Counted from the stretch's first letter, positions 25,751 through 34,651 are shown. The stretch: 41,245 nucleotides of DNA from an uncultured Thermofilaceae archaeon (GCA_964587325.1 CAZPLI010000002.1:1-41245), one strand, 5' to 3'. Numbers and translations are program-made. Notes: generated by a model not told the origin, from the sequence alone.

Positions 25751-26766
25751 AGGGTAGGGGGAGAACGCTAAAAGTGTACTATGTGAGTCGCGACCTGCCC
25801 TTATTGGGTCACATAGCGTTTGGCCTTATAGACAGAGGAACAAACCTCCTTCAGGTAAGGCCTACTAGCTTATGCCCCCTCTCTTGTATCTTTTGCTCTG
25901 TCGATGCTGGTCCCCACTCACGTACTCGACAGACAGAGTATGTTGTTGAGGATGTTGATCACATAGTGGCGTGGTTCCGGCAGATAATGGACTTCAAGGG
26001 AGTAAGCCTTCAGGCACACATAGATGCCGCAGGCGATCCTCTGGTCTACCCACGGGTAGTCGAATTAGTTGCAAAGCTCAAGAAGACAGGAGCTAGCGTA
26101 GTTTCGCTTGAGACCCATGGGGCTACGCTGACCATAGAGCTCGCTGAGCGCTTAGACGATGCGGGACTGGACAGGCTTAACCTCTCTATTGATAGCCTAG
26201 ATCCTGAGCTGGCTCGTCACTTAGCCGGCACAGAATGGTATGACGTACACAAAGTACTAGAAGTTGCAGAGTATATCGCTTCGTCCCTAAGTATGGACCT
26301 GCTAATAGCGCCAGTATGGGTCCCTGGCTTTAACGATCGCGAGATTCCTCGCATAATAGAGTTTGCATTAAGAATAGGAGCTGGTAAGAGGTGGCCTCCC
26401 CTAGGAATACAGAAGTACGAGGCGCACAAGTACGGGCGTAAACCCCCCGGTGTAAAGCCTATGAGCTGGAGAGAGTTCTACGCAAAGCTAAGGGAGTGGG
26501 AGCGGGAATACGGTGTCAAGTTAGTCTTAAGTCCGGAGGACTTTGGCATACGCAAGGCGAAGAGGGTGCCCCAAGTATTCACGCGAGGTGAGACGACCCG
26601 CGTCCAGATAGTAGGGCCTGGGTGGCACAAGGGGCAGTGGCTAGGCGTAGGTAGGAATAGAGTGGTCACAGTAGTAGGGGTAAGGGGTCAGCCTCCTGTA
26701 GGAAGGGGGCTAAGGGTGCGCATTCTTAGAACTAAAGACGGCATCTACATCGCTGAGCCAATATAG
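25732..26766 (+). CDS. radical SAM protein with C-terminal TRAM/OB-like beta domain
   Basis: CPLSCIFCS (CxxxCxxC). C-terminal segment GETTRVQIVGPGWHKGQWLGVGRNRVVTVVG. GTG start overlaps the upstream gene by 19 nt. Confidence 0.75.
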   Translation: MGALRVEGRGRTLKVYYVSRDLPLLGHIAFGLIDRGTNLLQVRPTSLCPLSCIFCSVDAGPHSRTRQTEYVVEDVDHIVAWFRQIMDFKGVSLQAHIDAAGDPLVYPRVVELVAKLKKTGASVVSLETHGATLTIELAERLDDAGLDRLNLSIDSLDPELARHLAGTEWYDVHKVLEVAEYIASSLSMDLLIAPVWVPGFNDREIPRIIEFALRIGAGKRWPPLGIQKYEAHKYGRKPPGVKPMSWREFYAKLREWEREYGVKLVLSPEDFGIRKAKRVPQVFTRGETTRVQIVGPGWHKGQWLGVGRNRVVTVVGVRGQPPVGRGLRVRILRTKDGIYIAEPI

Positions 26767-26839
26767 TGCTTTTCATGCTTCATTGCCCTTTTCGTTAAAA
26801 CGATAGTTTTTATAGTGTAATTAGAGAGGGAGTGAGCAG

Positions 26840-27031
26840 GTGATCGCGTTGATTAAAGTAGTCTGTTCTCGCTGTGGTTTCGTTATTTACCGCGGAGATA
26901 AGCTTGTGGAGGTAGAGGAAGCGGTTAAGAAGGGCACCTGGGGTCTAAGGTGTAAGCGCTGCAGCAGAAAATTGGACTGGGCAGATTTCGAGATAGTAGT
27001 TAAGCCCCTTAAGCGGAGCTTCAGGTACTAA
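26840..27031 (+). CDS. small zinc-ribbon protein (63 aa)
   Basis: CSRCG...CKRCS pairs. TATA-like tttttatag lies about 35 nt upstream. Confidence 0.45.
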   Translation: MIALIKVVCSRCGFVIYRGDKLVEVEEAVKKGTWGLRCKRCSRKLDWADFEIVVKPLKRSFRY

Positions 27032-27098
27032 GCTATTGCTAAGGGAAGTAACGGCTTATATTGCCGCTGTTTCTTAGGAGAGGATTGGGGGGCCCAGC

Positions 27099-27776
27099 TT
27101 GCCTAGGGTTAACTGCAAGCTGGTTTCTTGGGAAGAAGTCGTAGAGTGGTGCCGCAAGCTTGCCGAAGCCATCAAAAAGTCTAAGTGGACGCCCGACCTC
27201 GTCGTGGCAATAGCTCGTGGAGGCTATGTGCCAGCCAGGCTTCTCTGCGATTTTCTAGATATACACGACTTGGTGAGCGTTCAGGTACTTCACTGGGGTA
27301 GGGCAGCGGAAATAACTGCGAAAGCACATGTCAAGCATCCCTTCACTCTCAACGCTGATGGTAAAAAGATTCTGATAGTGGATGATATATGCGATACTGG
27401 CGACTCAATAATCGTAGCTAGGGAATTCATTAAGGAAAATTGGAAACCGGCCGAGATAAGAGTAGCTACAATGCAGTGGATATCGAGTGTGGCAAAAATA
27501 AAGCCTGACTACTATGTGGATGAAGTCAAGGAGTGGGTATGGTATCAATACCCGTGGACGAGGCTTGAGGACACTATAAACTTCATAGAGAAGATAGTGA
27601 CCGAGGTTAAGGAGAAAGAAGGTAAGACCGAATGGAGTAAGGACGAAATTATCGAGAAATTCAAAGAGTGGTACGGTATCGACGTCGGCGAGCACTACTA
27701 CAGGCTAGCGCTGGAAAAGCTCGTCGAAGAGGGCAAGCTGGAGCCTATTGGTGCAGGAAGGTACCGCGTTAAGTGA
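27099..27776 (+). CDS. purine phosphoribosyltransferase-family protein with C-terminal extension
   Basis: PRPP motif KILIVDDICDTGDS and VAIARGGYVPARLL. The roughly 70-aa C-terminal tail ends in a wH-like segment (YRLALEKLVEEGKLEPIGAGRYRV). Confidence 0.75.
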   Translation: MPRVNCKLVSWEEVVEWCRKLAEAIKKSKWTPDLVVAIARGGYVPARLLCDFLDIHDLVSVQVLHWGRAAEITAKAHVKHPFTLNADGKKILIVDDICDTGDSIIVAREFIKENWKPAEIRVATMQWISSVAKIKPDYYVDEVKEWVWYQYPWTRLEDTINFIEKIVTEVKEKEGKTEWSKDEIIEKFKEWYGIDVGEHYYRLALEKLVEEGKLEPIGAGRYRVK

Positions 27777-28723
27777 CGGGACGAAGCTTGGTCAAAGTAC
27801 ACTACCGTAGGGGGCTTTACATAGTACTGGAAAGAGCAGTACTATTAGCTGATCCCCTATCACCACCTCAAGAGAAGATTAATGCCATACTGGTCAGTCA
27901 CGCCCATAGCGACCATTGTAACATTAAAGCCTTGCTCAGCGTGCCGAATGTGCCAAAGCTCATGAGCAGAGCTACGCGGGACTTGATAGACCCCCGTCGC
28001 AAGCTCAAGAATGTGATTCTTCTCGAGCCCGGAGATACAGTAGAGCTAGGGAATGTGACTATCGAGGCTCACGAGGCTGGTCATGTCCTCGGTAGCCTGC
28101 AATTTACCATTCACTCGAGGCAAAGCGTAGTATACACAGGCGATGTAAACCTTGAGAGGAGAGTAATATTACCTCCTGGCGACTTGCTGAAAGCGGATGT
28201 GCTCATAATTGAGGCCACTTATGGAAGGCCTGAGTATACGTTTCCTCCGCGCGAAGTCCTGTACAGAGAGCTTCTACATGTAGTTAAAGAGAGACTTAGT
28301 GAGGGAAAACCCTTAGCTCTAGGAGCAAGGAAGCTTGGAGTGGCGCAGGAAGTCACCGCTCTCCTCGCGCACTCAGGCATAGCTGTTCCACTGGTCCATC
28401 CATCGATAGATAGGTACAATAGGCTATACGAAGAGTATGGCGTTATACTGGGTCCTTACGCTGTAGCAGAGTACGTCGTCGAAAAGCCGGTACCTTACGT
28501 AGCCCCCTTACGAAGCGGTAAGACGTTTCCTTGTACAGGCTGGGCTGCTAAGTACTCGAAGGGGCTTCCGCTTTCAAGCCATGCAGGATTTGACAAACTA
28601 GTCCGCTATGCCCTAGAGAGTGGAGCTGAGAGTATATACACTGTCTATGGTTTCGCTAAATGTTTAGCTAAGTTTCTGAGAGAAGAGGGTCTAAATGCTG
28701 AACCAGTACCTGTAAAGTCTTAG
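27773..28723 (+). CDS. MBL/beta-CASP-like putative nuclease (short form)
   Basis: LVSHAHSDHC, HEAGHVLGS, YTGDVN, LSSHAGFDKL (beta-CASP motif C-like). 4-nt overlap with the PRTase gene. Confidence 0.65.
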   Translation: MTGRSLVKVHYRRGLYIVLERAVLLADPLSPPQEKINAILVSHAHSDHCNIKALLSVPNVPKLMSRATRDLIDPRRKLKNVILLEPGDTVELGNVTIEAHEAGHVLGSLQFTIHSRQSVVYTGDVNLERRVILPPGDLLKADVLIIEATYGRPEYTFPPREVLYRELLHVVKERLSEGKPLALGARKLGVAQEVTALLAHSGIAVPLVHPSIDRYNRLYEEYGVILGPYAVAEYVVEKPVPYVAPLRSGKTFPCTGWAAKYSKGLPLSSHAGFDKLVRYALESGAESIYTVYGFAKCLAKFLREEGLNAEPVPVKS

Positions 28724-28727
28724 CAGC

Positions 28728-29156
28728 TTAGAACGGTCTAGTAGCCGAAACTGCGCCACAAGCCATACACTTTATGAACATAGCCTTTTTCTCCTTTGTT
28801 AACACGGTGTCGGGGCTTCCGCAGACAGGGCATATTACGTAGTCGCGAACGAACCTATCCATTAACGCCACTATTATCCGCGGCTTCATTTCTCCCTGGA
28901 GCACGGCGTAAGTGTCGCCGAGCTCACCAGGCGCGCCGAGCTCTTTCAATAAGTACCTTAGGACAAGCCGGGGGTCTCTGTTAAGTACATCGCATATCTG
29001 CTTGAAGTTCACTATGAAAGTCCTCCTACCGCTAACCATAATCTCGGGTTTAGGGACTACGAATCTCTCTCTCCTCTGCGCCGGCCTCTTAGGTAACATT
29101 TCATACGCTCTCTCAAGCAGCCAGTTGTAATCATAGAGCTTAGCTTCCTCGCCCAT
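28728..29156 (-). CDS. eif2b: translation initiation factor aIF2 beta subunit
   Basis: YDYNWLLERAYEMLP, RFVVPKP, LRYLLKELG, zinc ribbon CPVCGSPDT..CMACG. Start moved to ATG 29156 (MGEEAK); the longer ORF-track start would overlap tfs. Confidence 0.85.
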   Translation of the reverse strand: MGEEAKLYDYNWLLERAYEMLPKRPAQRRERFVVPKPEIMVSGRRTFIVNFKQICDVLNRDPRLVLRYLLKELGAPGELGDTYAVLQGEMKPRIIVALMDRFVRDYVICPVCGSPDTVLTKEKKAMFIKCMACGAVSATRPF

Positions 29157-29212
29157 TATTCCACCCCTGTGCCTTTCCCTGCTACCCTCGTACATACTTA
29201 AGTGTTCCACGG

Positions 29213-29560
29213 TTATGCATACTCGCGCCAAGTATAGCCGCACTTAGTGCACCTATAGAATCTAGTCGATGGTTCGTCAGCGCTCCTGGTCTGGATCATC
29301 CACCAGTAGGCCTTATCGTTCCCACACTTGGGGCAATGAGCAGTTACTATGGGTAAATTCGCGCGTTCAGCGAGGTCTTTTTCGGTTAGTACGAGTATCT
29401 TGTCAGCAGGCTTCTTTTCGATCTGTACTTTTAGGCTGTACATTTTGGCTGAGCTAGCGTCAGGCGCTTCTTCATAGCCGCAAGACCTGCACACCAGCAC
29501 TGTAGTGGAGCTCTTCTTAACGGGTACCATTACTGACCCGCACTTTGGGCAGAACTTCAT
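29213..29560 (-). CDS. tfs: transcription factor S (TFS / RpoM-like)
   Basis: MKFCPKCG..CRSCG N-terminal ribbon and CPKCG..QTRSADEP..CTKCG C-terminal TFIIS ribbon. Start set at ATG 29560; the upstream 84 codons of the ORF-track call run through a tRNA. Confidence 0.85.
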   Translation of the reverse strand: MKFCPKCGSVMVPVKKSSTTVLVCRSCGYEEAPDASSAKMYSLKVQIEKKPADKILVLTEKDLAERANLPIVTAHCPKCGNDKAYWWMIQTRSADEPSTRFYRCTKCGYTWREYA

Positions 29561-29627
29561 CCTCTCGCACCTTGCCCTCCAGCCTCTTGACAGCCGAATA
29601 AACGTTTGCACCACACTATAAGGAGAT

Positions 29628-29818
29628 TGGTGCGGGGGCCGGGATTCGAACCCGGGCAGGCCTTCGCCAGCGGAGATCTCCTCGGGGGCGCCTCCGCGTA
29701 CCAACCCCCCTGAGGGGGGCTTTAAGTCTTCCTCTGCAGCGCCCCCGATCCTCAGTGTGGGCCTAGGCCGTGTTCTCGGCCCAGACCGCCCCCTTTGACC
29801 TAGCTCGGGCACCCCCGC
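29628..29818 (-). tRNA. tRNA-Leu(GAG) with two non-canonical introns (29 nt and 74 nt); CCA encoded
   Basis: 5' part GCGGGGG-TG-CCCG-AGCTAGGTCAA-A-GGG-G-GCGG. Exon 2 is ACTGAGGAT. 3' part CCGC-TGGCGAAGGCCTGC-CCGGG-TTCGAAT-CCCGG-CCCCCGC-A-CCA. Removing +29757..29785 and +29674..29747 gives an 88-nt class II tRNA with anticodon arm GCGGA-CTGAGGA-TCCGC. Confidence 0.8.
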
Positions 29819-29845
29819 ACCGCGAGAATACTCACCTCCCTAGGA

Positions 29846-29854
29846 GTTTTAAGG
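29846..29854 (-). promoter_or_regulatory. TATA-like box for tRNA-Leu
   Basis: Minus strand CCTTAAAAC, ending 28 nt upstream of tRNA +1 (29818). Confidence 0.45.
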
Positions 29855-29908
29855 TTTGCGACGTAATCAATACATTACTTTATGAACGCCTTCACAGTGT
29901 AGGTCGCG

Positions 29909-30637
29909 ATGAGCCTTGCGGAGCGTGTCGCGGTGGTGTTAGTTGAGCCGCTGTACGAGGAGAATATAGGCTACGTAGCACGTGTAATGAAGAACTTTAG
30001 TGTTAAGAGGTTAATTATAGTTAAGCCTCGCTGTAAGATAGGTCTCGAAGCCATTAAGAGATCGATGCATGCCCGTGATGTGCTTGAAGGCGCCAGGCTA
30101 GTTGACTCATTTGAAGAGGTAATAAGGGAGTTCGACTTAGTAATAGGGACCACTGGCAAACATGGAAAGAAGTTTACACAGGTTCGAAGATTCATGACTC
30201 CCGAGCGCCTCGCTAAGAGGCTTGCCGAGTACAGAGGTACTGTAGCAATAGTCTTTGGGCGTGAGGATCGTGGTCTCACGAACGCCGAGCTAGCTCTCTG
30301 CGACGGTGTAGTGACAATTCCAGCCAACCCCGAGTACCCCATATTGAACCTTTCACACGCGGTCGCAGTAATACTGTACGAGGTGTTCAAGGCTTGTGGA
30401 AGTAAGCCCGAGCTTCCTAGGCCCTCGATGCCAAGGCGGGAGGAAGTCGATGTGTTACTGAAGTACTTATACTCTTTAGTGCTAACGCTGTGGGGCTCCG
30501 AAAGACGTGCCGAGAAGGCAGTTTTAATGATGAAGAGAATGTTCTCTTCCTGCCTTATAGGGGCGGAGGATGTGCGTATGTTACTAGGGGTTTTTAGAGA
30601 GTCCTACGAACGCCTAGCCGAGCGAAGACGCGAATAA
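29909..30637 (+). CDS. SPOUT (TrmH/SpoU group, TrmJ-like) RNA 2'-O-methyltransferase
   Basis: VVLVEPLYEENIGYVARVMKNF, IVFGREDRGLTN, IPANPEYPILNLSHAVAVILYE. TATA-like ctttatga lies about 28 nt upstream of the ATG (leaderless). Confidence 0.75.
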   Translation: MSLAERVAVVLVEPLYEENIGYVARVMKNFSVKRLIIVKPRCKIGLEAIKRSMHARDVLEGARLVDSFEEVIREFDLVIGTTGKHGKKFTQVRRFMTPERLAKRLAEYRGTVAIVFGREDRGLTNAELALCDGVVTIPANPEYPILNLSHAVAVILYEVFKACGSKPELPRPSMPRREEVDVLLKYLYSLVLTLWGSERRAEKAVLMMKRMFSSCLIGAEDVRMLLGVFRESYERLAERRRE

Positions 30638-30678
30638 TTTAAGGCTGTCTCTCGGCAGTAGGGGGGAGGTGCTAGCGA

Positions 30679-31194
30679 ATGCCCTTGAGACCTGGCAGGT
30701 GCTATAGGCACTTCGGAACACCGCCTTACACTAGGAAGGAGTATATCAAGAGCATACCCCCCGTCCTAGTCTCCAAGTTCAACATGGGTAACACGCGCGG
30801 AGAGTTTGAGTACATAGTCAGGCTAGTAGCTCAAAGGAGTGGGCAAATACGCGCTAACGCACTCGAGGCAGCGCGTCTAGCGTCGTACAGGTATCTCTCA
30901 AAGAAAGTAGGCGAACAGAACTTCCATCTCCGCATAGTCACATATCCGCACCACATACTCAGGGAGAACAAGATGATGGCTGTGGCTGGTGCCGACAGGC
31001 TCCAGGACGGAATGAGGCTCGCTTTCGGAACTCCTGTGGGTCGTGCAGCACGAGTATATAGGGGGCAGTGCGTAATTTACGTGCGAGTGGACGAAAAGAG
31101 ACTAGAAGAGGCTAAAGAGGCCCTGCGCCGTGCGGCATCGAAGCTACCTCTACCAATGCGTATAGTGATTGAGAAGGCTCAAAAAGCGAGGTGA
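30679..31194 (+). CDS. rpl10e: 50S ribosomal protein uL16 (L10e)
   Basis: [22 protein letters not shown]..., typical L10e N-terminus and length. Confidence 0.9.
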   Translation: MPLRPGRCYRHFGTPPYTRKEYIKSIPPVLVSKFNMGNTRGEFEYIVRLVAQRSGQIRANALEAARLASYRYLSKKVGEQNFHLRIVTYPHHILRENKMMAVAGADRLQDGMRLAFGTPVGRAARVYRGQCVIYVRVDEKRLEEAKEALRRAASKLPLPMRIVIEKAQKAR

Positions 31195-31201
31195 GGGGCT
31201 T

Positions 31202-31936
31202 GTGCAACGGCTCCACAGAAAGAGGATAGAAATAGCCACTAAGCTGTGGAGCCAAATTCTCCGAGGAGCGTTTGCTTCGAGGGAGGAGCTGGTAGATACT
31301 CTTAGGAAGGAGTATGAAAGAGCAAGCATCGAGCCAATTAGAGGCAAGTCTAAAAGAAACGCACACGATAAGGAGCTAGTCGTGGTCTACCTTGTTGGGA
31401 AGCACGGGCTCGGTATAGACCCCGAGGAATATTCCAAAGTTTACAAGAAGCTATTTGACCTCGAATTGAAGTGTGAAGAAGCTATTGACAGAGTACTCTC
31501 TGGCGAGGATCCAAAGGAGGTGTTTAACGATCTCTTCGGCGAGATCACTGAAGACATAGTGTTTAGAGTAGTACGCACAGCTTATGTTGCTGCTCTGCTT
31601 GAGTTCATGGACGAGGATAAGCTCATAGACTTGCTAGCGAGGCTCGAGGAGGGTATGCCCGAATTATCTGATAGGTTCAGGCGTTTTAAGAAGTTCTATA
31701 TAGCATTCAGGATAGCTGAGGCGATAGTAGCTAGAGAGATAAGGAACAGACTTGAGAAAGAGGCTCTCAAACACGCTCTCTGCATTAAGTTTGGCGCAGA
31801 GAAGTCCGCACCTTCGGATAACGAAGTGAGAATGATAGCTACTGAAGTCCTAGGAATGCCAGAGTATTTAGTAAACGATGTCCTAAAAGCCCGCGACCTT
31901 GAGCTTAAGCCTTACGTCGGGAAAAGACGAAAATAA
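31202..31936 (+). CDS. conserved-looking hypothetical helical protein
   Basis: ORF-track TTG start (31169) overlaps rpl10e. The GTG at 31202 follows a GGTGAG Shine-Dalgarno-like motif 8 nt after the rpl10e stop. No motif recognised. Confidence 0.5.
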   Translation: MQRLHRKRIEIATKLWSQILRGAFASREELVDTLRKEYERASIEPIRGKSKRNAHDKELVVVYLVGKHGLGIDPEEYSKVYKKLFDLELKCEEAIDRVLSGEDPKEVFNDLFGEITEDIVFRVVRTAYVAALLEFMDEDKLIDLLARLEEGMPELSDRFRRFKKFYIAFRIAEAIVAREIRNRLEKEALKHALCIKFGAEKSAPSDNEVRMIATEVLGMPEYLVNDVLKARDLELKPYVGKRRK

Positions 31937-32939
31937 AGGAGAGCAAACCTCCATGCTCGATGGGTACTATTTTTTCCACTCTTAGCGCTCTGCCGACTTG
32001 TGTCAAGATTAGCTTCCTATGAGGAGAAAGTATTACAGCTCTTCCTCCTGCGATTTCTGTGCATATTCTTACTAGTGCGTCATAAACTCTTCTCAGCCCT
32101 CCTACTGCCCTTTCTCTAATACCAAAAGGCGGGTTAGTGACGACAACAGCTGAAGGTATCGGCCTAAGTGGGGGTAAGCGCGCGTCTGACACTACGAGGT
32201 TCACATCGACTCCCGCCAGCCTAGAGTTGGTAAGCGCGCCTCTCACGTGTTTTTCTTCAACGTCCATACCTAAGAGCAGTGAGTAGTCGCCTCTTAAGCC
32301 CCTCTCAACGAGTATAGTCGCGCTTCCACAGAACGGGTCGATTATCACTCCGTTGTCGCGAGCGAGGTCGAGCATGGCATTAGCCACTATGGGGTTCAGG
32401 ACCGATGGGTGTACATAGGCTCTGTAGCGTCTCTCGTGGAGGGGGCGGAAGGGCGTGACATGAATTCCTAGTAGAAATTCACGTCCCTGGACGCATGTAT
32501 AAACAACTATATCGGGGTTATCAAGGCATACACGTACTCCATGGTCAGCGAACGCCCTCTCGATTTCTAGGCCTACGAGTCTCGCCAGCTCAACTGAGCT
32601 GATAAGCTCTGACCTTACGCGCTCGCTCTGAACAGCGAACTTGACTCCCGGGCACAGATACTTTTCGAGGATCCTTACGGCCCTACGAGTTTCCTCCTCC
32701 AGGTCAGCTCTCTCCCTAACGTGGCCTCTCCACAGTATAGCTATTACGTGTTCAGCAAGCCTCGAATCTCTGACTAGTTTCCTCGCGGAGGCGTGTAAGT
32801 CGTGGACATCAATCAATACTCTACCTTTGCCAATTATTGCGACCTCGACCGGTAAAAGCAGCTTACGTACTTCAAGCTCTAGGAGGTCTTCGAGTCCCGG
32901 TATCGTAGTTACCAGTAGCTCGCTCACTCGGCGCCCCAT
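31905..32939 (-). CDS. THUMP-domain class I SAM-dependent RNA (tRNA guanine-N2-type) methyltransferase
   Basis: N-terminal THUMP-like region, motif I IDPFCGSATI, motif IV VVTNPPFG. Confidence 0.75.
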   Translation of the reverse strand: MGRRVSELLVTTIPGLEDLLELEVRKLLLPVEVAIIGKGRVLIDVHDLHASARKLVRDSRLAEHVIAILWRGHVRERADLEEETRRAVRILEKYLCPGVKFAVQSERVRSELISSVELARLVGLEIERAFADHGVRVCLDNPDIVVYTCVQGREFLLGIHVTPFRPLHERRYRAYVHPSVLNPIVANAMLDLARDNGVIIDPFCGSATILVERGLRGDYSLLLGMDVEEKHVRGALTNSRLAGVDVNLVVSDARLPPLRPIPSAVVVTNPPFGIRERAVGGLRRVYDALVRICTEIAGGRAVILSPHRKLILTQVGRALRVEKIVPIEHGGLLSFIFVFSRRKA

Positions 32940-33292
32940 AGAGCCTCACGGACTATCGACAAATAGTGTGTCTTAGTGAAAGATTCTGCGTATTTCCTGT
33001 CCACTGTGCCGAAAGTCTCTAGCAGAGAGAGTGATATGAAGCCTAGTATTAACTCTTCGTAAGCTAGGTTGGGCAGGACGTTTCCCCTTATCGCTACTAC
33101 ACCCTCGCCTACTAATACTCCCCTGCTTACCTCTATCAGGCCCTTGGGAGGGCTCTTGCAGTATACGTATATCACTAGTGGTGCCGGATCCTTAAGGCCA
33201 AGAGCTACGGCTCTACGAGCTACGGCTTTAAGGACCCCTTGTATTTCCTTTACACTGATACCCAGCTTACATTCCTCTACTAGCTTAACCAT
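32924..33292 (-). CDS. hypothetical protein (122 aa)
   Basis: ORF whose 3' end overlaps the THUMP methylase start by 16 nt. No motif. Confidence 0.4.
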   Translation of the reverse strand: MVKLVEECKLGISVKEIQGVLKAVARRAVALGLKDPAPLVIYVYCKSPPKGLIEVSRGVLVGEGVVAIRGNVLPNLAYEELILGFISLSLLETFGTVDRKYAESFTKTHYLSIVREALWGAE

Positions 33293-33293
33293 C

Positions 33294-33665
33294 CTACTTG
33301 CCTGCAGCCGTTATACGTGCTAGTACAGGCCTTAGGTAGGGTGTTTCGAGACTTCCTATTAAGCTTCTGTCCTTAGCGGCCTTCCAAAGCGGGCTTTGAG
33401 AATCTATCATGTACTTTACTCCGTGGCTTGTCTTCTTGTATCTCCTTATGAGCCCCTCCTTCCTTAAGTTCTCGAGTACGTCCTTTACTAGCGTTAGCAG
33501 AATAGGCTGAGGGGGGAGCCCAGCGTGAACAGCGATTTTTTTGGAGGTAAATGTGAGCATATTACCCTTCGTCCGTTTAATGAGGTCCATAAGAGTCGAG
33601 ACTACAACGAATTTGACCTCGTTATAGTCGGAGTATAGGGAGGCAGGTACCGAACTCCGTCTCAT
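33294..33665 (-). CDS. hypothetical winged-helix-like protein (123 aa)
   Basis: LLTLVKDVLENLRKEGLIRRYKKTSHGVKYMI wH-like segment. Separated by 1 nt from the next gene downstream. Confidence 0.45.
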   Translation of the reverse strand: MRRSSVPASLYSDYNEVKFVVVSTLMDLIKRTKGNMLTFTSKKIAVHAGLPPQPILLTLVKDVLENLRKEGLIRRYKKTSHGVKYMIDSQSPLWKAAKDRSLIGSLETPYLRPVLARITAAGK

Positions 33666-33871
33666 GGTTAAAGAGACACACTAAGCAAAGAATACCCCAC
33701 AAGGTCACTCAATCAGCAAATGCCTGCGTAGAACCCTCGTATTACGTATTCATACTGGCCCTCAAACTGCGTTGTGTGGCCGCTCTCGGGCGGGACGGAC
33801 GCGGGCTAGGTTAGTATCGACTTGACTGTCTACGCCGAATCTCCCTGGAGAACTCACTCATTTTTGGTGCG

Positions 33872-34651
33872 CTAAGGCTTTTTCCCAATAATTATGAAGC
33901 CTGTGTGTCCTATCATCATGCTTAGTGGCCTTGTCTCGCCCAGCACGGCCTTGTAATGCCTCTCTAGTAGCTCGACTGCGTCTATCTTTATAAAGCCGGT
34001 CTTAGCGAGTGCGGCAGCTACTTTCTCCATCTGATTTACCGTGGGTACGAAGCAGGCTATTGCACCTCCACTACTCAGCGCCTCGTAGGCTAAGGGAGCG
34101 ACGTTCCAAGGATCTGGCATATCGAGCACTACAGCGTCTAGGTCTTGCTCGTCTATTCCTTTCCTTATGTCCTTAAGCTTGAACTCTACGTACTCGTCTA
34201 GGCCAGCGCGTTTCAGGTTTCTCTTAGCTATCTCGAGGAACTCACGTCTAACCTCATACGTATATACTCGACCAGTGGGTTTAACGAAGTGCGCAAGCAC
34301 TGCTGTCAGGGCACCTGACCCCGTACCTGCCTCGACAACCCTGGAGCCCGGCCCGATGCCCACGTGCAGCGCTATGTACGCGGCGTCTTTAGGGTAAACT
34401 ATTTGCGTTCCTCGCTTGAACCCTCGCATGATCAGGTCGACTAAGGTGGGCCTAGTGACCTTAACCTCGACTCCGAGATGTGTGCGTACCGTTGAGCCGT
34501 ACTCTAGTCCTATTATGTCGTCAAGCATCACTACGCCTTCGTCCGTGTGGAACTCTCTCCCTTTTACAACTCTCACAACGTAGTTCCTCCTCTCGTCGAT
34601 GTACAGCAACACCCAGGACCCTTCCTCAATTTTCATGCCGATCCTGTGCAT
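33872..34651 (-). CDS. trmI: tRNA (adenine-N1)-methyltransferase TrmI (Gcd14 family)
   Basis: VVEAGTGSGALT SAM motif, VLDMPDPW, N-terminal beta domain. Start moved to ATG 34651 (MHRIGM; alternative 34636), because the ORF-track extension overlaps rps19e on the other strand. Confidence 0.8.
   Translation of the reverse strand: MHRIGMKIEEGSWVLLYIDERRNYVVRVVKGREFHTDEGVVMLDDIIGLEYGSTVRTHLGVEVKVTRPTLVDLIMRGFKRGTQIVYPKDAAYIALHVGIGPGSRVVEAGTGSGALTAVLAHFVKPTGRVYTYEVRREFLEIAKRNLKRAGLDEYVEFKLKDIRKGIDEQDLDAVVLDMPDPWNVAPLAYEALSSGGAIACFVPTVNQMEKVAAALAKTGFIKIDAVELLERHYKAVLGETRPLSMMIGHTGFIIIGKKP

Noticed and set aside
29561-29812. N-terminal 84 codons of the 199-aa ORF-track call (29213..29812, minus)
   Set aside because: This stretch runs straight through the tRNA-Leu gene and its GC-rich introns and is rich in Pro/Arg/Gly. 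The TFS homology begins exactly at the internal ATG (29560, MKFCPKCG). It is read-through of an RNA gene, not coding sequence.
33666-33871. 206-bp spacer with a GC-rich core (ggccgctctcgggcgggacggacgcgggc), considered as a structured ncRNA
   Set aside because: I could not draw a convincing stem-loop, C/D or H/ACA architecture on either strand. It may simply be the promoter/5' region of the 123-aa gene. It needs transcript data.
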